NCBI GenBank assembly: GCA_045638265.1
Contig: JAZUBA010000044.1
Coordinates: 62,082 to 126,081 of the forward strand
Length of the DNA: 64,000 nucleotides
Direction: 5' to 3'
DNA from: Alphaproteobacteria bacterium
GTDB taxonomy: Bacteria; Pseudomonadota; Alphaproteobacteria; CAAHEQ01; UBA3637
The notes beneath the pieces were generated by a model that worked only from the letters and a program-made list of their open reading frames with translations, did no database searches and was not told the origin of the DNA. Both the position numbers and the translations under genes were made by a program. Shown here piece by piece: positions 49,769-58,988 of this stretch (position 1 is the stretch's first letter; each line of letters opens with the position of its first letter).

Positions 49769-50989
49769 ATGAAAAACAGACCGTTATATTTAAAAAAGCT
49801 AATAGAATTCAAAGATAAAGAACAAATTAAAGTCATCACGGGCATTCGGAGATGCGGAAAATCAAAATTATTAGATTTATTTATTGAATACTTAAAATCC
49901 GAAGGTGTTGCATCTAATCATATCATCAAGTATGATTTTGAATCATTAAAACATGCTGGTATGACATATCAAACTTTGTATGATGAGATTATTAAGAAAA
50001 CAAAAAAAATAAAAGGCAAAGTATATCTTTTTTTTGATGAAGTACAGCGTGTTCCGCAATGGGAATTAGCAATCAATTCTTTTCGTGTTGATTTGGATGC
50101 TGATATATATATTACAGGTTCTAATGCTTATTTGCTTTCTTCACAATTATCTACTTATTTGTCGGGCAGATATGTTGAAATAAAAATGTTACCTCTGTCC
50201 TTTAAAGAATTTTTGGATTTTCATGAATTTGTTGGGGATATGAGTATTAATCAAAAATTTGCTCTTTTTCTGAAATTTGGAGGAATGCCGGTATTAACAG
50301 GTTATAATTTTAACGAAGAACTGATTAATCAGGTACTAGACGGTATCTTGTCAACTGTTCTTGTTAAAGATGTTATCGGTCAGGCAGAAGTAAGAGATGT
50401 GGATTTACTTAACAAAATTTTACGCTATTTAGCAGATAATATCGGCAATATTACTTCCATCAATAATATTAAGAACTTTTTGATTAGTGAGCAACGGTTA
50501 GATAAAAAAACAACTGCCGGAACAGTAGATAATTATATCAATTTGCTGGAAAAAGCTTTTATATTCTATAATATTTTAAGATATGACATTAAAGGTAAAG
50601 ACTATTTAAAAACAAATAATAAGTATTACATTGTTGATCTAGGGTTAAGGAATCACTTATTAGGATTTAAAGAGATGGATCGTGGGCATATTTTGGAAAA
50701 TGTTGTATTATTGGAGCTTGTCAGAAGGGGATATCAAGTCTGTATCGGAACAAATGTCGGTAAAGAAGTTGATTTTATTGCTTCTAAGGTAAATGAAAAA
50801 TTGTATATTCAGGTAACCGAAACATTGATGGATAAACAGACACGTGAACGAGAATTGTCTTCTTTAAAAACAATTAAAGATAATTATCCCAAAATTGTTC
50901 TTTCTATGGATGAAGTGTTTACAAACACAAATGATGAAGGAATACAAATTGTTAATATGGTAGATTGGTTGTTAGCAAGTCAGGATTGA
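49769..50989 (+). CDS. AAA_14/DUF4143-type ATP-binding protein
   Basis: GIRRCGKS, FFDEVQ, ITGSNA, KYYIVDLG, LENVV, EVDF, YIQV. Confidence 0.85.
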   Translation: MKNRPLYLKKLIEFKDKEQIKVITGIRRCGKSKLLDLFIEYLKSEGVASNHIIKYDFESLKHAGMTYQTLYDEIIKKTKKIKGKVYLFFDEVQRVPQWELAINSFRVDLDADIYITGSNAYLLSSQLSTYLSGRYVEIKMLPLSFKEFLDFHEFVGDMSINQKFALFLKFGGMPVLTGYNFNEELINQVLDGILSTVLVKDVIGQAEVRDVDLLNKILRYLADNIGNITSINNIKNFLISEQRLDKKTTAGTVDNYINLLEKAFIFYNILRYDIKGKDYLKTNNKYYIVDLGLRNHLLGFKEMDRGHILENVVLLELVRRGYQVCIGTNVGKEVDFIASKVNEKLYIQVTETLMDKQTRERELSSLKTIKDNYPKIVLSMDEVFTNTNDEGIQIVNMVDWLLASQD

Positions 50990-51192
50990 GTTTTTGAAAA
51001 TATGTTTTAAACAAAATACAACCACAGAAAAACGAAAAATGTATTTCTAAAATCTTAAATACTTGAGAATACAGGAAATTTCTTAAGTTAAAGTGACAAA
51101 GGATGCTGATAAGGAATAAAAATTTTTCAATAAAAAACGACTTTTTTAGATGTATTTTGTTTAAATTACAATGGGTTATTGAATATTTTTGA

Positions 51193-51362
51193 TTGCCAAG
51201 GTTGATGTCGAGGGTTCGTTCACGAAGCGTAAGCGAAGTAGACGTCCGTAGGACGGTCTGAACGTCAGAGAAGACGAGGACATATATTGTCCGAGCAATC
51301 CCTTCACCCGCTCCAATTATTAAGGTGTTTCAAGGGTTATCCTGAACACCTTTTTTTATTTT
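51193..51362 (+). repeat. attR: duplicated tRNA-Gly 3' half and terminator, interrupted by a 78-nt insertion (51219-51296)
   Basis: ttgccaaggttgatgtcgagggttcg [78 nt] aatcccttcacccgctcca...taaggtgtttcaagggttatcctgaacacc matches 30631-30710. Confidence 0.9.
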
Positions 51363-51405
51363 GAGTCTTGTAAAAAGATACTGTTTATATTGAACTAAAT
51401 ATTAC

Positions 51406-52851
51406 TTAAATGTTATCCAAATACATATTTTTCAAATAAGCAAGGTATATTTTTTGATCTTCAATGTATTTGACATCTATATCTTTTAAACCAATAGAAG
51501 ATAAAAAATCAAGTTTAACTTTATTTATAGCTGGAGTATCATTTTTTTCTTTTGGCAATACAAAATAGTTTTTTACTGTAACAGTAACGCCTTGCTTTTT
51601 GAGAGCGGTGATAAATTTTTGATATGCCAATTGATATAAATATTGTTTTGTAATATCCTGAATCCCAGGATAGCCTTTGATATTACTGTTTTCCACTGTT
51701 ATTTTGTAATATTTTGCATCATAAATATTAAAACATATTTCATTATTTGTTGTTTTTATATTGATAATATCCGGTTCTAGAGTTTCTTTTGAAACAAAAT
51801 AAAGCTGATTACCTGTCCAGGTTGCTTTCTTAATTAAATCAATTAGTCTGTCATTTCTGTTAAAATCGTTAGGTATGACGGATAATATTTTATATAGTTG
51901 TGTTGTTAATTGATTTTCTAATGTTTTTTTACAAACGTCTTCCCATACAAGATTAAAATTGTTTGTTCCATATGTATAAAAAGAATCATATTTATTTGTT
52001 TGTTGGTCTTGATTTATAAATGCAAGCATTGCTTTTAGTAAGTGTATTTTTCTAGTATAAAATTGAATATGCAATTCTTTGTTAATCATGTAACGTAAGA
52101 TATCTATATCTCCTAAATCAGTCATGGTTTCTGTGGTTAATTCTATTTTAGGAATACAGAATAAATCGGATAATTCTCCTAAAAAATTACTGCACTGTGT
52201 TAAAATACATTGATGCAGTTTTTTAAAAAAATTGTTTTCATCTAAAGTTCTTTTTTTTGTTTTTAATTTAAAATAATATGGTTGTGAATGTTGAATAAAC
52301 GGTTGGGTGTGTGTAATGGTTTTATTCCATAGAATTCTGCCTTTTCCATTTGTTTCAATCATGTCTTTTTCATTTGAATACAGACCATAATCAAAATAAT
52401 CTTGTAACAGATAAAGAATAAGTCCTAAAAAATTGGATGATCCTTCAAAGGTTGGATCTTCATATAGTTTAATTGATTGAGCTTTTGAATGATTATATTT
52501 TTGTAGAACCTTAAAAATTGTTTTTAATTTGGCTGTCTTACACATATCTGTTGATTGAACAGCCATATATTTTGGATAACAAATAATGATTTTATCTGCT
52601 TTTTTTATAACTCCGACATATGTAAAGGTATAGATAACATTTTTTGTCGTTGTGGTATTAAAAAAATTTTCATTAGACAGTGTTTCATCATCTAAATTGT
52701 TTATATTTTCTAGCTGATGTCTTTTTTGTTTTAATATATGATATTTTAATAAATCGGAGATAAAGCTTTGTTCAATTCCCTTTTTTAATTTGAGTATATG
52801 AATTAATTCATCATAATTAAAAAAATCTCCTTCCCGAATATAGATTATCAT
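51406..52851 (-). CDS. McrC-like / LlaJI-family restriction endonuclease subunit
   Basis: FTYVGVI, YPKY, FNLVWEDVC, LEPDII, IYDAKYY, PGIQDITKQYLYQLAY. Confidence 0.8.
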   Translation of the reverse strand: MIIYIREGDFFNYDELIHILKLKKGIEQSFISDLLKYHILKQKRHQLENINNLDDETLSNENFFNTTTTKNVIYTFTYVGVIKKADKIIICYPKYMAVQSTDMCKTAKLKTIFKVLQKYNHSKAQSIKLYEDPTFEGSSNFLGLILYLLQDYFDYGLYSNEKDMIETNGKGRILWNKTITHTQPFIQHSQPYYFKLKTKKRTLDENNFFKKLHQCILTQCSNFLGELSDLFCIPKIELTTETMTDLGDIDILRYMINKELHIQFYTRKIHLLKAMLAFINQDQQTNKYDSFYTYGTNNFNLVWEDVCKKTLENQLTTQLYKILSVIPNDFNRNDRLIDLIKKATWTGNQLYFVSKETLEPDIINIKTTNNEICFNIYDAKYYKITVENSNIKGYPGIQDITKQYLYQLAYQKFITALKKQGVTVTVKNYFVLPKEKNDTPAINKVKLDFLSSIGLKDIDVKYIEDQKIYLAYLKNMYLDNI

Positions 52852-52865
52852 GATTAATTTCCTGT

Positions 52866-54284
52866 TTATAAGTTTGCATCTTTACCATATTCGGAAATAA
52901 TAATGTTATCAGTGGAAAAATTAAAAATATTAATTCCTCGTTCATCAAAATCTTTCAAAATCGTTGAAAATCGTTTTTGGTATTCTTTAAAAAGAATTTC
53001 TCCTTTGTGTTTTGCAGCATCTTCAAACAAATACATGAGAACTTTGTTTTTGAATGCATCTTTGAATTTTTCCGTAGTTAAAAGGTCGGGTTTTAAAAAA
53101 TAAGAACCCAATAGTTTATCTTCATTGATTCCTATTTCGGTTAGTTTGTTGTTGATTGCATGTCGTAAGTTGTTCCAGTTAATCGTTTGATTTAGATTAT
53201 TATTTAAGGAGAGTGTTGTAATTTTATTTTGAATTTTGTCTTCACCAGAATTAATATCTAAATATTTGAAACTCCAACGACGTTTAAAAGCAGTATCCAT
53301 AGGAAAAACACCTTGGTCAGCACTATTCATTGTTGCCCAAATATACATGTTAGAGGGAATGTATAATTTGTCTTTAATCAAGGATTGTTCTGTATTTAAT
53401 GCTTTTTTTATTTCATCAGAGGGAGTAATAAAATATTCACTTCTACCACTTTTGTCACGATCTAACAGTTGAAATATATCACCAAATACAGCGGCAATAT
53501 TCGCTCGGTTAATTTCTTCTATGATTAATAAATATTTTTTGTTCGTATATGTTAGTGCATTTTTTAATATACGTAAAAAAGGACCAAGGATATATTGATA
53601 TTTGATTGTATCTCCTTCTGAAACTGGCTTGTAGCAACCTACAAAATCAGCATAAGAATAATCTGGGTGGAAAGTAACTTGTTCAACTTGATTAATATCA
53701 ATTAGATTATCAAAATGTTCATCTGAGTTGTTTCTGTTTTGATTGAATAGTTCTTTTTTATCACCTTTTAAAGTATAACTTTTTCCTGTTCCAGGTGCTC
53801 CAAAATAGATTAAGTTTCGTTCAAAAGAATTATCGGATACAGAAATAGATTTGCAAGAATTCAAATACTCATTTTGATTAGGTGCATTTTTATAATATGA
53901 GCGCCACTCGTTGATGGTCATTTCGATGCCATCAGTTCTTTTATATGTAAAATATGCACCTCCATCAACACCATGATTACTCTTTCTAGATGTTTCTGTT
54001 TTTAAAATTACTAACGCTAATCCCGCTAAAGTAAAAATACTAAAATCATTTTGAGCATGTGGTCGTTGGTTTATAATTTTATGTTGTTGTATGTATTTAA
54101 GATCATTACATTGAATGTAATCATTATTTGTATCAATTCTTGTTGCGATATTAGGTATGGTTATATTATTCCTCTTAAATGAAATTTTTGCTCCGATAGG
54201 AATATTAGCTTCGTTCATGATTGATTTTTTTAATGATGCTGTCATTTTTAAATCTCCTTTTGTTTGTGATATATCGTATGACAT
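52866..54284 (-). CDS. McrB-family AAA+ GTPase
   Basis: FGAPGTGKS, TFHPDYSYADFVG, IEEINRAN, TMNSADQ, DTAFKRRW. Confidence 0.9.
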   Translation of the reverse strand: MSYDISQTKGDLKMTASLKKSIMNEANIPIGAKISFKRNNITIPNIATRIDTNNDYIQCNDLKYIQQHKIINQRPHAQNDFSIFTLAGLALVILKTETSRKSNHGVDGGAYFTYKRTDGIEMTINEWRSYYKNAPNQNEYLNSCKSISVSDNSFERNLIYFGAPGTGKSYTLKGDKKELFNQNRNNSDEHFDNLIDINQVEQVTFHPDYSYADFVGCYKPVSEGDTIKYQYILGPFLRILKNALTYTNKKYLLIIEEINRANIAAVFGDIFQLLDRDKSGRSEYFITPSDEIKKALNTEQSLIKDKLYIPSNMYIWATMNSADQGVFPMDTAFKRRWSFKYLDINSGEDKIQNKITTLSLNNNLNQTINWNNLRHAINNKLTEIGINEDKLLGSYFLKPDLLTTEKFKDAFKNKVLMYLFEDAAKHKGEILFKEYQKRFSTILKDFDERGINIFNFSTDNIIISEYGKDANL

Positions 54285-54405
54285 ACAATTATAAATGTCA
54301 AGTCTATCTCTAGAAGCATTAAAATTATATCTAAAACAAATATATTAAAAATAATATTGAATAAAAAATCTTTTAATTTTAAAGAAAATATGTTACACAA
54401 ATATT

Positions 54406-55119
54406 ATGCAAAAAATTGTTATATTGACAGGTGCCGGTATTAGTGCTGAAAGTGGTTTGTCTACGTTCAGAACAAATAATGGTTTATGGAATAATTATAA
54501 AGTTGAAGATGTGGCAACCATAGATGCTTTTGAACGTCATCCGGATATAGTGCATGAATTTTATAATGAATTACGATTCGTTATGCAAAAGGCACAACCA
54601 AATAAAGCTCATCGTGCAATTTCTATGTTGCAAAGTGAATTGTTAGATGCTGAAATTTATGTGATGACTCAAAATGTTGATTTATTACATGAGAAAGCCG
54701 GAAATAAAAATGTATATCATATTCATGGTAGAATTGACGAATGTGTTTGTATGAGCTGTGGTCAAATTAGCAAAGTAGGTGGAGCTGTTAGCAGTGATGA
54801 TATCTGTCCTTCATGTAAAATAATGGGAATGTTGAAACCAAATGTTGTTTTTTTTGGTGAAATGCCTCAGTATTTGAACAAAGTGGAAAAATTATTAATT
54901 GAGTGTGATAAATTTATTGCAATAGGAACATCTGGGGAGGTATATCCGGCGGCTGGTTTTGTAGAAACAGCAAAAAATAATGGGGCGGAAACCTATTTGT
55001 TTAATTTGGATACAGTTAAAAACAGCAATTTGTTTGACTGTCATTTTTATGGAAAAGCCTCTGAAACATTTGTAAAATTTGCTGAAAATTTACTTGTTCA
55101 AAACGATTCAAAATTGTAA
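54406..55119 (+). CDS. cobB: NAD-dependent protein deacylase (sirtuin)
   Basis: LTGAGISAESG, TQNVD, HIHG, CxxC pairs, KPNVVFFGE, GTSGEVYPAAG. Confidence 0.92.
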   Translation: MQKIVILTGAGISAESGLSTFRTNNGLWNNYKVEDVATIDAFERHPDIVHEFYNELRFVMQKAQPNKAHRAISMLQSELLDAEIYVMTQNVDLLHEKAGNKNVYHIHGRIDECVCMSCGQISKVGGAVSSDDICPSCKIMGMLKPNVVFFGEMPQYLNKVEKLLIECDKFIAIGTSGEVYPAAGFVETAKNNGAETYLFNLDTVKNSNLFDCHFYGKASETFVKFAENLLVQNDSKL

Positions 55120-55129
55120 TAATAATTAT

Positions 55130-55837
55130 TCAATTTGTTACATTAAATCTATGAGTTGCTTGATTTTTTTCGTTAATTGTTTTTGTTAGTGTAAATCGGG
55201 CATGGTTGTGAAAAGCATCTTTTTGACCGTTTTCAATCCATATTGTTAAATTATCAATAATATCAGTTATATTTTGAACAATATTTTTTTTCAATTTAAG
55301 AGATTTGAGGTTGTTTTTTTGCGTTAAGTCTTTTATTAAATACGTTGTTTCCTTAATAATAGAGAGGATGGCTGAAATTTGTTGTTCGGATAAAATTTCT
55401 AACGATGTTTGTTTGTGTATAATGGTTAGAAGTTGTTTTTTAATATCTTCCGGTATTTGAATTTGATAGGTATGTAATGTTAATTGATGACTGATTTCAT
55501 TGGTTTCAAGTTCTAAAAAGTCGTCTAAATCCGAAGTGTTTTGAGGTGTGGGTATTTGTAACAATGAACAGATAAAACGGATAAGCTCAAGAAGTTGGGT
55601 GTTGATTTCAAATGTAACGCTTTCAAAGATAGAATTATGTAAATTACGGGACGTTATTTTGTTGATGACATCATAAAAAATAAAAACTAAAGGAATACTG
55701 ATTAATCCGGATGCAATATTAATCAGTAGGTTGTTTAGTCCGGAGTCCTTTACTAGTTTTTCGGTGAATATATACATAATAACACCCATCATAAAGGCAA
55801 CTAAAAAGGGTAAAATTTTAATTAATAATTTTTTCAT
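55130..55837 (-). CDS. Hypothetical membrane protein (2 TM)
   Basis: Two N-terminal hydrophobic segments followed by a helical domain. Confidence 0.6.
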   Translation of the reverse strand: MKKLLIKILPFLVAFMMGVIMYIFTEKLVKDSGLNNLLINIASGLISIPLVFIFYDVINKITSRNLHNSIFESVTFEINTQLLELIRFICSLLQIPTPQNTSDLDDFLELETNEISHQLTLHTYQIQIPEDIKKQLLTIIHKQTSLEILSEQQISAILSIIKETTYLIKDLTQKNNLKSLKLKKNIVQNITDIIDNLTIWIENGQKDAFHNHARFTLTKTINEKNQATHRFNVTN

Positions 55838-55957
55838 AAAATAGATATGGAGAGTAATTCGGGTATGTCAAGATACAAAACGTATCAGTTAAAAGATGCT
55901 TGACATTTTGTCGTATCAAATATATGTGTAAATAGATTGATAACTAATTGAAAAGGA

Positions 55958-56422
55958 GTGATTATGTCAAATATTCAACTATCTGGTATTACGCAAGACG
56001 GACAAGAAAAAAATTTTTCATTGGCAGATTTTAAAGGAGAAAGAGTATTGTTGTATTTTTATCCGAAAGATAATACATCCGGTTGTACAAAAGAGGCGTG
56101 TGATTTTAGAGATAATATGAATCGTTTAACCGGTTATGTTAAAGTTGTTGGTGTTAGTCCGGACAGTATTAAAAGTCATCAAAAGTTTCAGGAAACACAA
56201 CATTTAAATTTTATCTTGTTGTCAGATACAATGCATGCGTTGGCAGAACGATATGATGTTTGGAAAGAAAAATCAATGTATGGTCGTAAATATATGGGGA
56301 TTGAACGTTCTACATTTATTTTGGATAAAGATGGAAATGTTGAAAAGGAATGGCGTAAAGTGAAGGTCCCAGGTCATGTGGATGAAGTGATGACATATTT
56401 GAAAAATAATCCGAAAGACTAA
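55958..56422 (+). CDS. bcp: Peroxiredoxin Bcp
   Basis: LYFYPKDNTSGCTKEACDFRD, ERSTF. Confidence 0.93.
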   Translation: MIMSNIQLSGITQDGQEKNFSLADFKGERVLLYFYPKDNTSGCTKEACDFRDNMNRLTGYVKVVGVSPDSIKSHQKFQETQHLNFILLSDTMHALAERYDVWKEKSMYGRKYMGIERSTFILDKDGNVEKEWRKVKVPGHVDEVMTYLKNNPKD

Positions 56423-56471
56423 AATTTTATTTTATCGTTAAATCAGATTTGTTGACAATGCATTTATCCTG

Positions 56472-57023
56472 TTGTATATTATTAAAATGACAGAATTAAT
56501 GCGTTTTTCAGATATTGAGCGTTTATGTCCGAAAGATTGTAAATTTTTATTTAAAAAAGAAAATATCGGACTTTTTTTGTGTATTGCTTATACTCGTTTT
56601 TTAGAAAATGACAAAAACGGTTTTCCGTTACGATGTGTGTTATGCGGGAGTGAGCACAAACCGACAAATTTGACGGTTTTAACACAATTATATGATAAGG
56701 TACGTAAAACATCTCCTGATTTATTATCAAATGAACAATGGAATATTTTAACGAATCTTTTTCAGGTTTTAGATGGATCAGAGCAAGAAATGATGATGAT
56801 TATTTTGTCAAATCAAGATACGTGTCAGAAGTTTTTAAAAGAGTTTCAAAATCAACCATTAGATAATGATTTGTTAGCAAATACCAGAGCTGTTCTTAAT
56901 GGTTGTGGAAATGAAGCAATGGCTGACAAAGACTTAAAAGAGTTGAAACGATTGATGCTTTTAAGGAGAAGTGCAGAAAATGTATCGGCATTGTTATTGA
57001 AACAACAGCTGAATGAACGATAA
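56472..57023 (+). CDS. Hypothetical protein
   Basis: 183-aa ORF without signal peptide, ends LLLKQQLNER. Confidence 0.55.
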   Translation: MYIIKMTELMRFSDIERLCPKDCKFLFKKENIGLFLCIAYTRFLENDKNGFPLRCVLCGSEHKPTNLTVLTQLYDKVRKTSPDLLSNEQWNILTNLFQVLDGSEQEMMMIILSNQDTCQKFLKEFQNQPLDNDLLANTRAVLNGCGNEAMADKDLKELKRLMLLRRSAENVSALLLKQQLNER

Positions 57024-57035
57024 AAGGGTTGTAAA

Positions 57036-57623
57036 ATGAAACATATATATTTTTTTCGGCATGGGGAAACAGTATTAAATGCACAAGGTATTTTGCAGGG
57101 ATATACGTTTTTTCCTGAATTAAATGAAAATGGTATTAAACAAGCGCAAACAATTGCGTATAAATTAAAAGATATTCCTTTGCAGGTTATTTATTCATCA
57201 CCTTTAAAACGAGCACGTCAAACGGCTGATATTGTCAATACGCAATTTGATGTACCGATTATTGAAGATGACCATTTAAAAGAAATGTGTTTGGGTGATT
57301 TAGAGGGTATGACAATTTGTGATGCAAAAGCAAAATATCCGGAAGTTATGGATACATTTTTTTCGGATGATGAATCAAGAATTGAAAATCGTTGTCCTAA
57401 TGGTGAAAGTTTTAAAGAATTGGGCGAACGAATTAAAGATTTTTTGGATGATGTTATTTGTTCTTGTTCCGAAGAATATATTGGTATAGCTGGTCATGGA
57501 ATGTTGTTAAAATATGCTATTTATAGTTGTGGTTCTCGTTTGATGTACGGTGCACCTGAAAATGCGGCTGTTGCACATTTTACATATCAGGACAATCAAT
57601 GGTGTTTTTGTGGATTTATTTAA
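57036..57623 (+). CDS. Histidine phosphatase (phosphoglycerate mutase-like) family protein
   Basis: FRHGET, SSPLKRARQTA, GES, AGHG. Confidence 0.9.
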   Translation: MKHIYFFRHGETVLNAQGILQGYTFFPELNENGIKQAQTIAYKLKDIPLQVIYSSPLKRARQTADIVNTQFDVPIIEDDHLKEMCLGDLEGMTICDAKAKYPEVMDTFFSDDESRIENRCPNGESFKELGERIKDFLDDVICSCSEEYIGIAGHGMLLKYAIYSCGSRLMYGAPENAAVAHFTYQDNQWCFCGFI

Positions 57624-58158
57624 AACTATCTATGTAATTTTTTAACAATATTAAAGAGTTTAGACGATTAGCATAATGATGAGAATCATTTTTTATATTC
57701 TCATAAAGTTCGTTTATGTTTATCCACATAATATCTGTAACTTCGTTGTCTTGAAATGTAAATTTTTGGTTGTTTTTCACTTTTAGCAGGTAAATTCCCA
57801 GTAATTCTTTGTTTTTGTTTTGTTGAGAAATATAACGAATTTCTCCTAGTTTAATTAAATCATTTTCAGATATTTTGAGTCCTAGTTCTTCATAGCCTTC
57901 TTTAATGATATTTGCAATTTGAATATTTTGTTGTAATGTTTGAGAACAATGCCCGCCAAAAGAAACATCCCATTTGCCGGCACTTTTATCTTTTGTGAAT
58001 GCACGTCTTTGAATAAGTACTTGTCCGGATTCATTGATAATCCAACATTGAACGGCTAAATGCAAAATTCCTTTTTGATGGATTTCAGAACGTTTTGTTA
58101 AATTTTGAATAATGCCGTTTTCAGTTAAAGTGTATATTTGTTCAGACATAAAGCACAT
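57616..58158 (-). CDS. Nudix hydrolase (IDI-like)
   Basis: HQKGILHLAV, LIQRRA, GKWDVSFGGH, EGYEELG. Confidence 0.8.
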   Translation of the reverse strand: MCFMSEQIYTLTENGIIQNLTKRSEIHQKGILHLAVQCWIINESGQVLIQRRAFTKDKSAGKWDVSFGGHCSQTLQQNIQIANIIKEGYEELGLKISENDLIKLGEIRYISQQNKNKELLGIYLLKVKNNQKFTFQDNEVTDIMWININELYENIKNDSHHYANRLNSLILLKNYIDSFK

Positions 58159-58209
58159 CTCCTTTGTTTGTACTATACAAAAAAACCACCTTTTCAGGTG
58201 GTTTTAAAA

Positions 58210-58285
58210 TGGTGAGCGCGCTGGGATTCGAACCCAGGGCCACCTGATTAAAAGTCAGGTGCTCTACCAGCTGAGCTACGCACTC
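58210..58285 (-). tRNA. tRNA-Lys(TTT)
   Basis: Reverse complement GAGTGCGTAGCTCAG...CCTGA-CTTTTAA-TCAGG...GGTTCGAATCC...CACCA. Confidence 0.95.
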
Positions 58286-58450
58286 ACAGGCTCAACATAG
58301 TTAGGTTTTATATACCATATTTTTCAACTTGTCAATACTTTTTTTTGTTTTTTTTCATTTTTTTTCTAACTTATTATTTTTCTTGCAAAAGTTGATGTAA
58401 CCTGATATGCTGATAAAAATTTTTTTACTGTGTGGATACAGGGTGAATAT

Positions 58451-58924
58451 ATGTTAAATAAAAAATATAAATTTCTTATTTGTTGTTTGATTGTGCTTTT
58501 TGCATTTATGCTGGGAAAAGTTGGATATAGTGCTTATCAGATTCATAAAGTCCAACGATTTGTGCGTGATTTTCAAAATCTTTATTCGCAGTCAATGGAA
58601 AAATATACTTATAAAAAATTAAAAGATGATATTTCTTTTGTAGAGGTTGGACGTGTTCCTTCGTTTGCCTGTTATAAATTAATTCATGCATATTTTCCAT
58701 ACCCGCATCGTTTTTATATAAATAATCAATATGTTTCTTCAGTAGATGCAAAAGAATGGTGCTATCGTCATTCAACGGTAGATATGATTTTTCAATTTTC
58801 ATTTAATAAATGGTCTTATGCTCATCGTTTAGAGTGTGAAAATAATGATGATTGCCGAAAAGGATATTGTCATTTAGGTTTTTGTATGGAATCGATTGTT
58901 GTATCTGATTCGAATCCGTTGTAA
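58451..58924 (+). CDS. Small membrane-anchored pilin-like protein with Cys-rich tail
   Basis: N-terminal TM, GYSAYQIHKV, VPSFACYKL, CENNDDC..GYCHLGFC. Parallels the 63268 protein. Confidence 0.55.
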   Translation: MLNKKYKFLICCLIVLFAFMLGKVGYSAYQIHKVQRFVRDFQNLYSQSMEKYTYKKLKDDISFVEVGRVPSFACYKLIHAYFPYPHRFYINNQYVSSVDAKEWCYRHSTVDMIFQFSFNKWSYAHRLECENNDDCRKGYCHLGFCMESIVVSDSNPL

Positions 58925-58988
58925 TTTTTTATTTTTCATTGACATTTTTTTATTTTTGCGTATGATAACAAAATGTTAGGAATACAAT

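Larger units (their letters stand above)
30631..51362. mobile_element. ~20.5-kb integrative defence island in tRNA-Gly
   Basis: Direct repeat of the tRNA 3' half plus downstream terminator at 30631-~30722 and 51193-~51362. Integrase adjacent to the tRNA, with RM/TA cargo. Confidence 0.88.

Noticed and set aside
51193-51315. Second functional tRNA-Gly or group I intron-containing tRNA
   Set aside because: The 5' half is missing, and the 78-nt insert is far too short for a self-splicing intron.
30631-51362. Island as a prophage
   Set aside because: No terminase, capsid, tail or lysis genes. The Bro-N gene alone is insufficient.
54406-55119. Sirtuin as a defence Sir2 (Thoeris/DSR-type) linked to McrBC
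   Set aside because: Typical short CobB with a zinc-binding module and all deacylase motifs, so it looks like a housekeeping gene.
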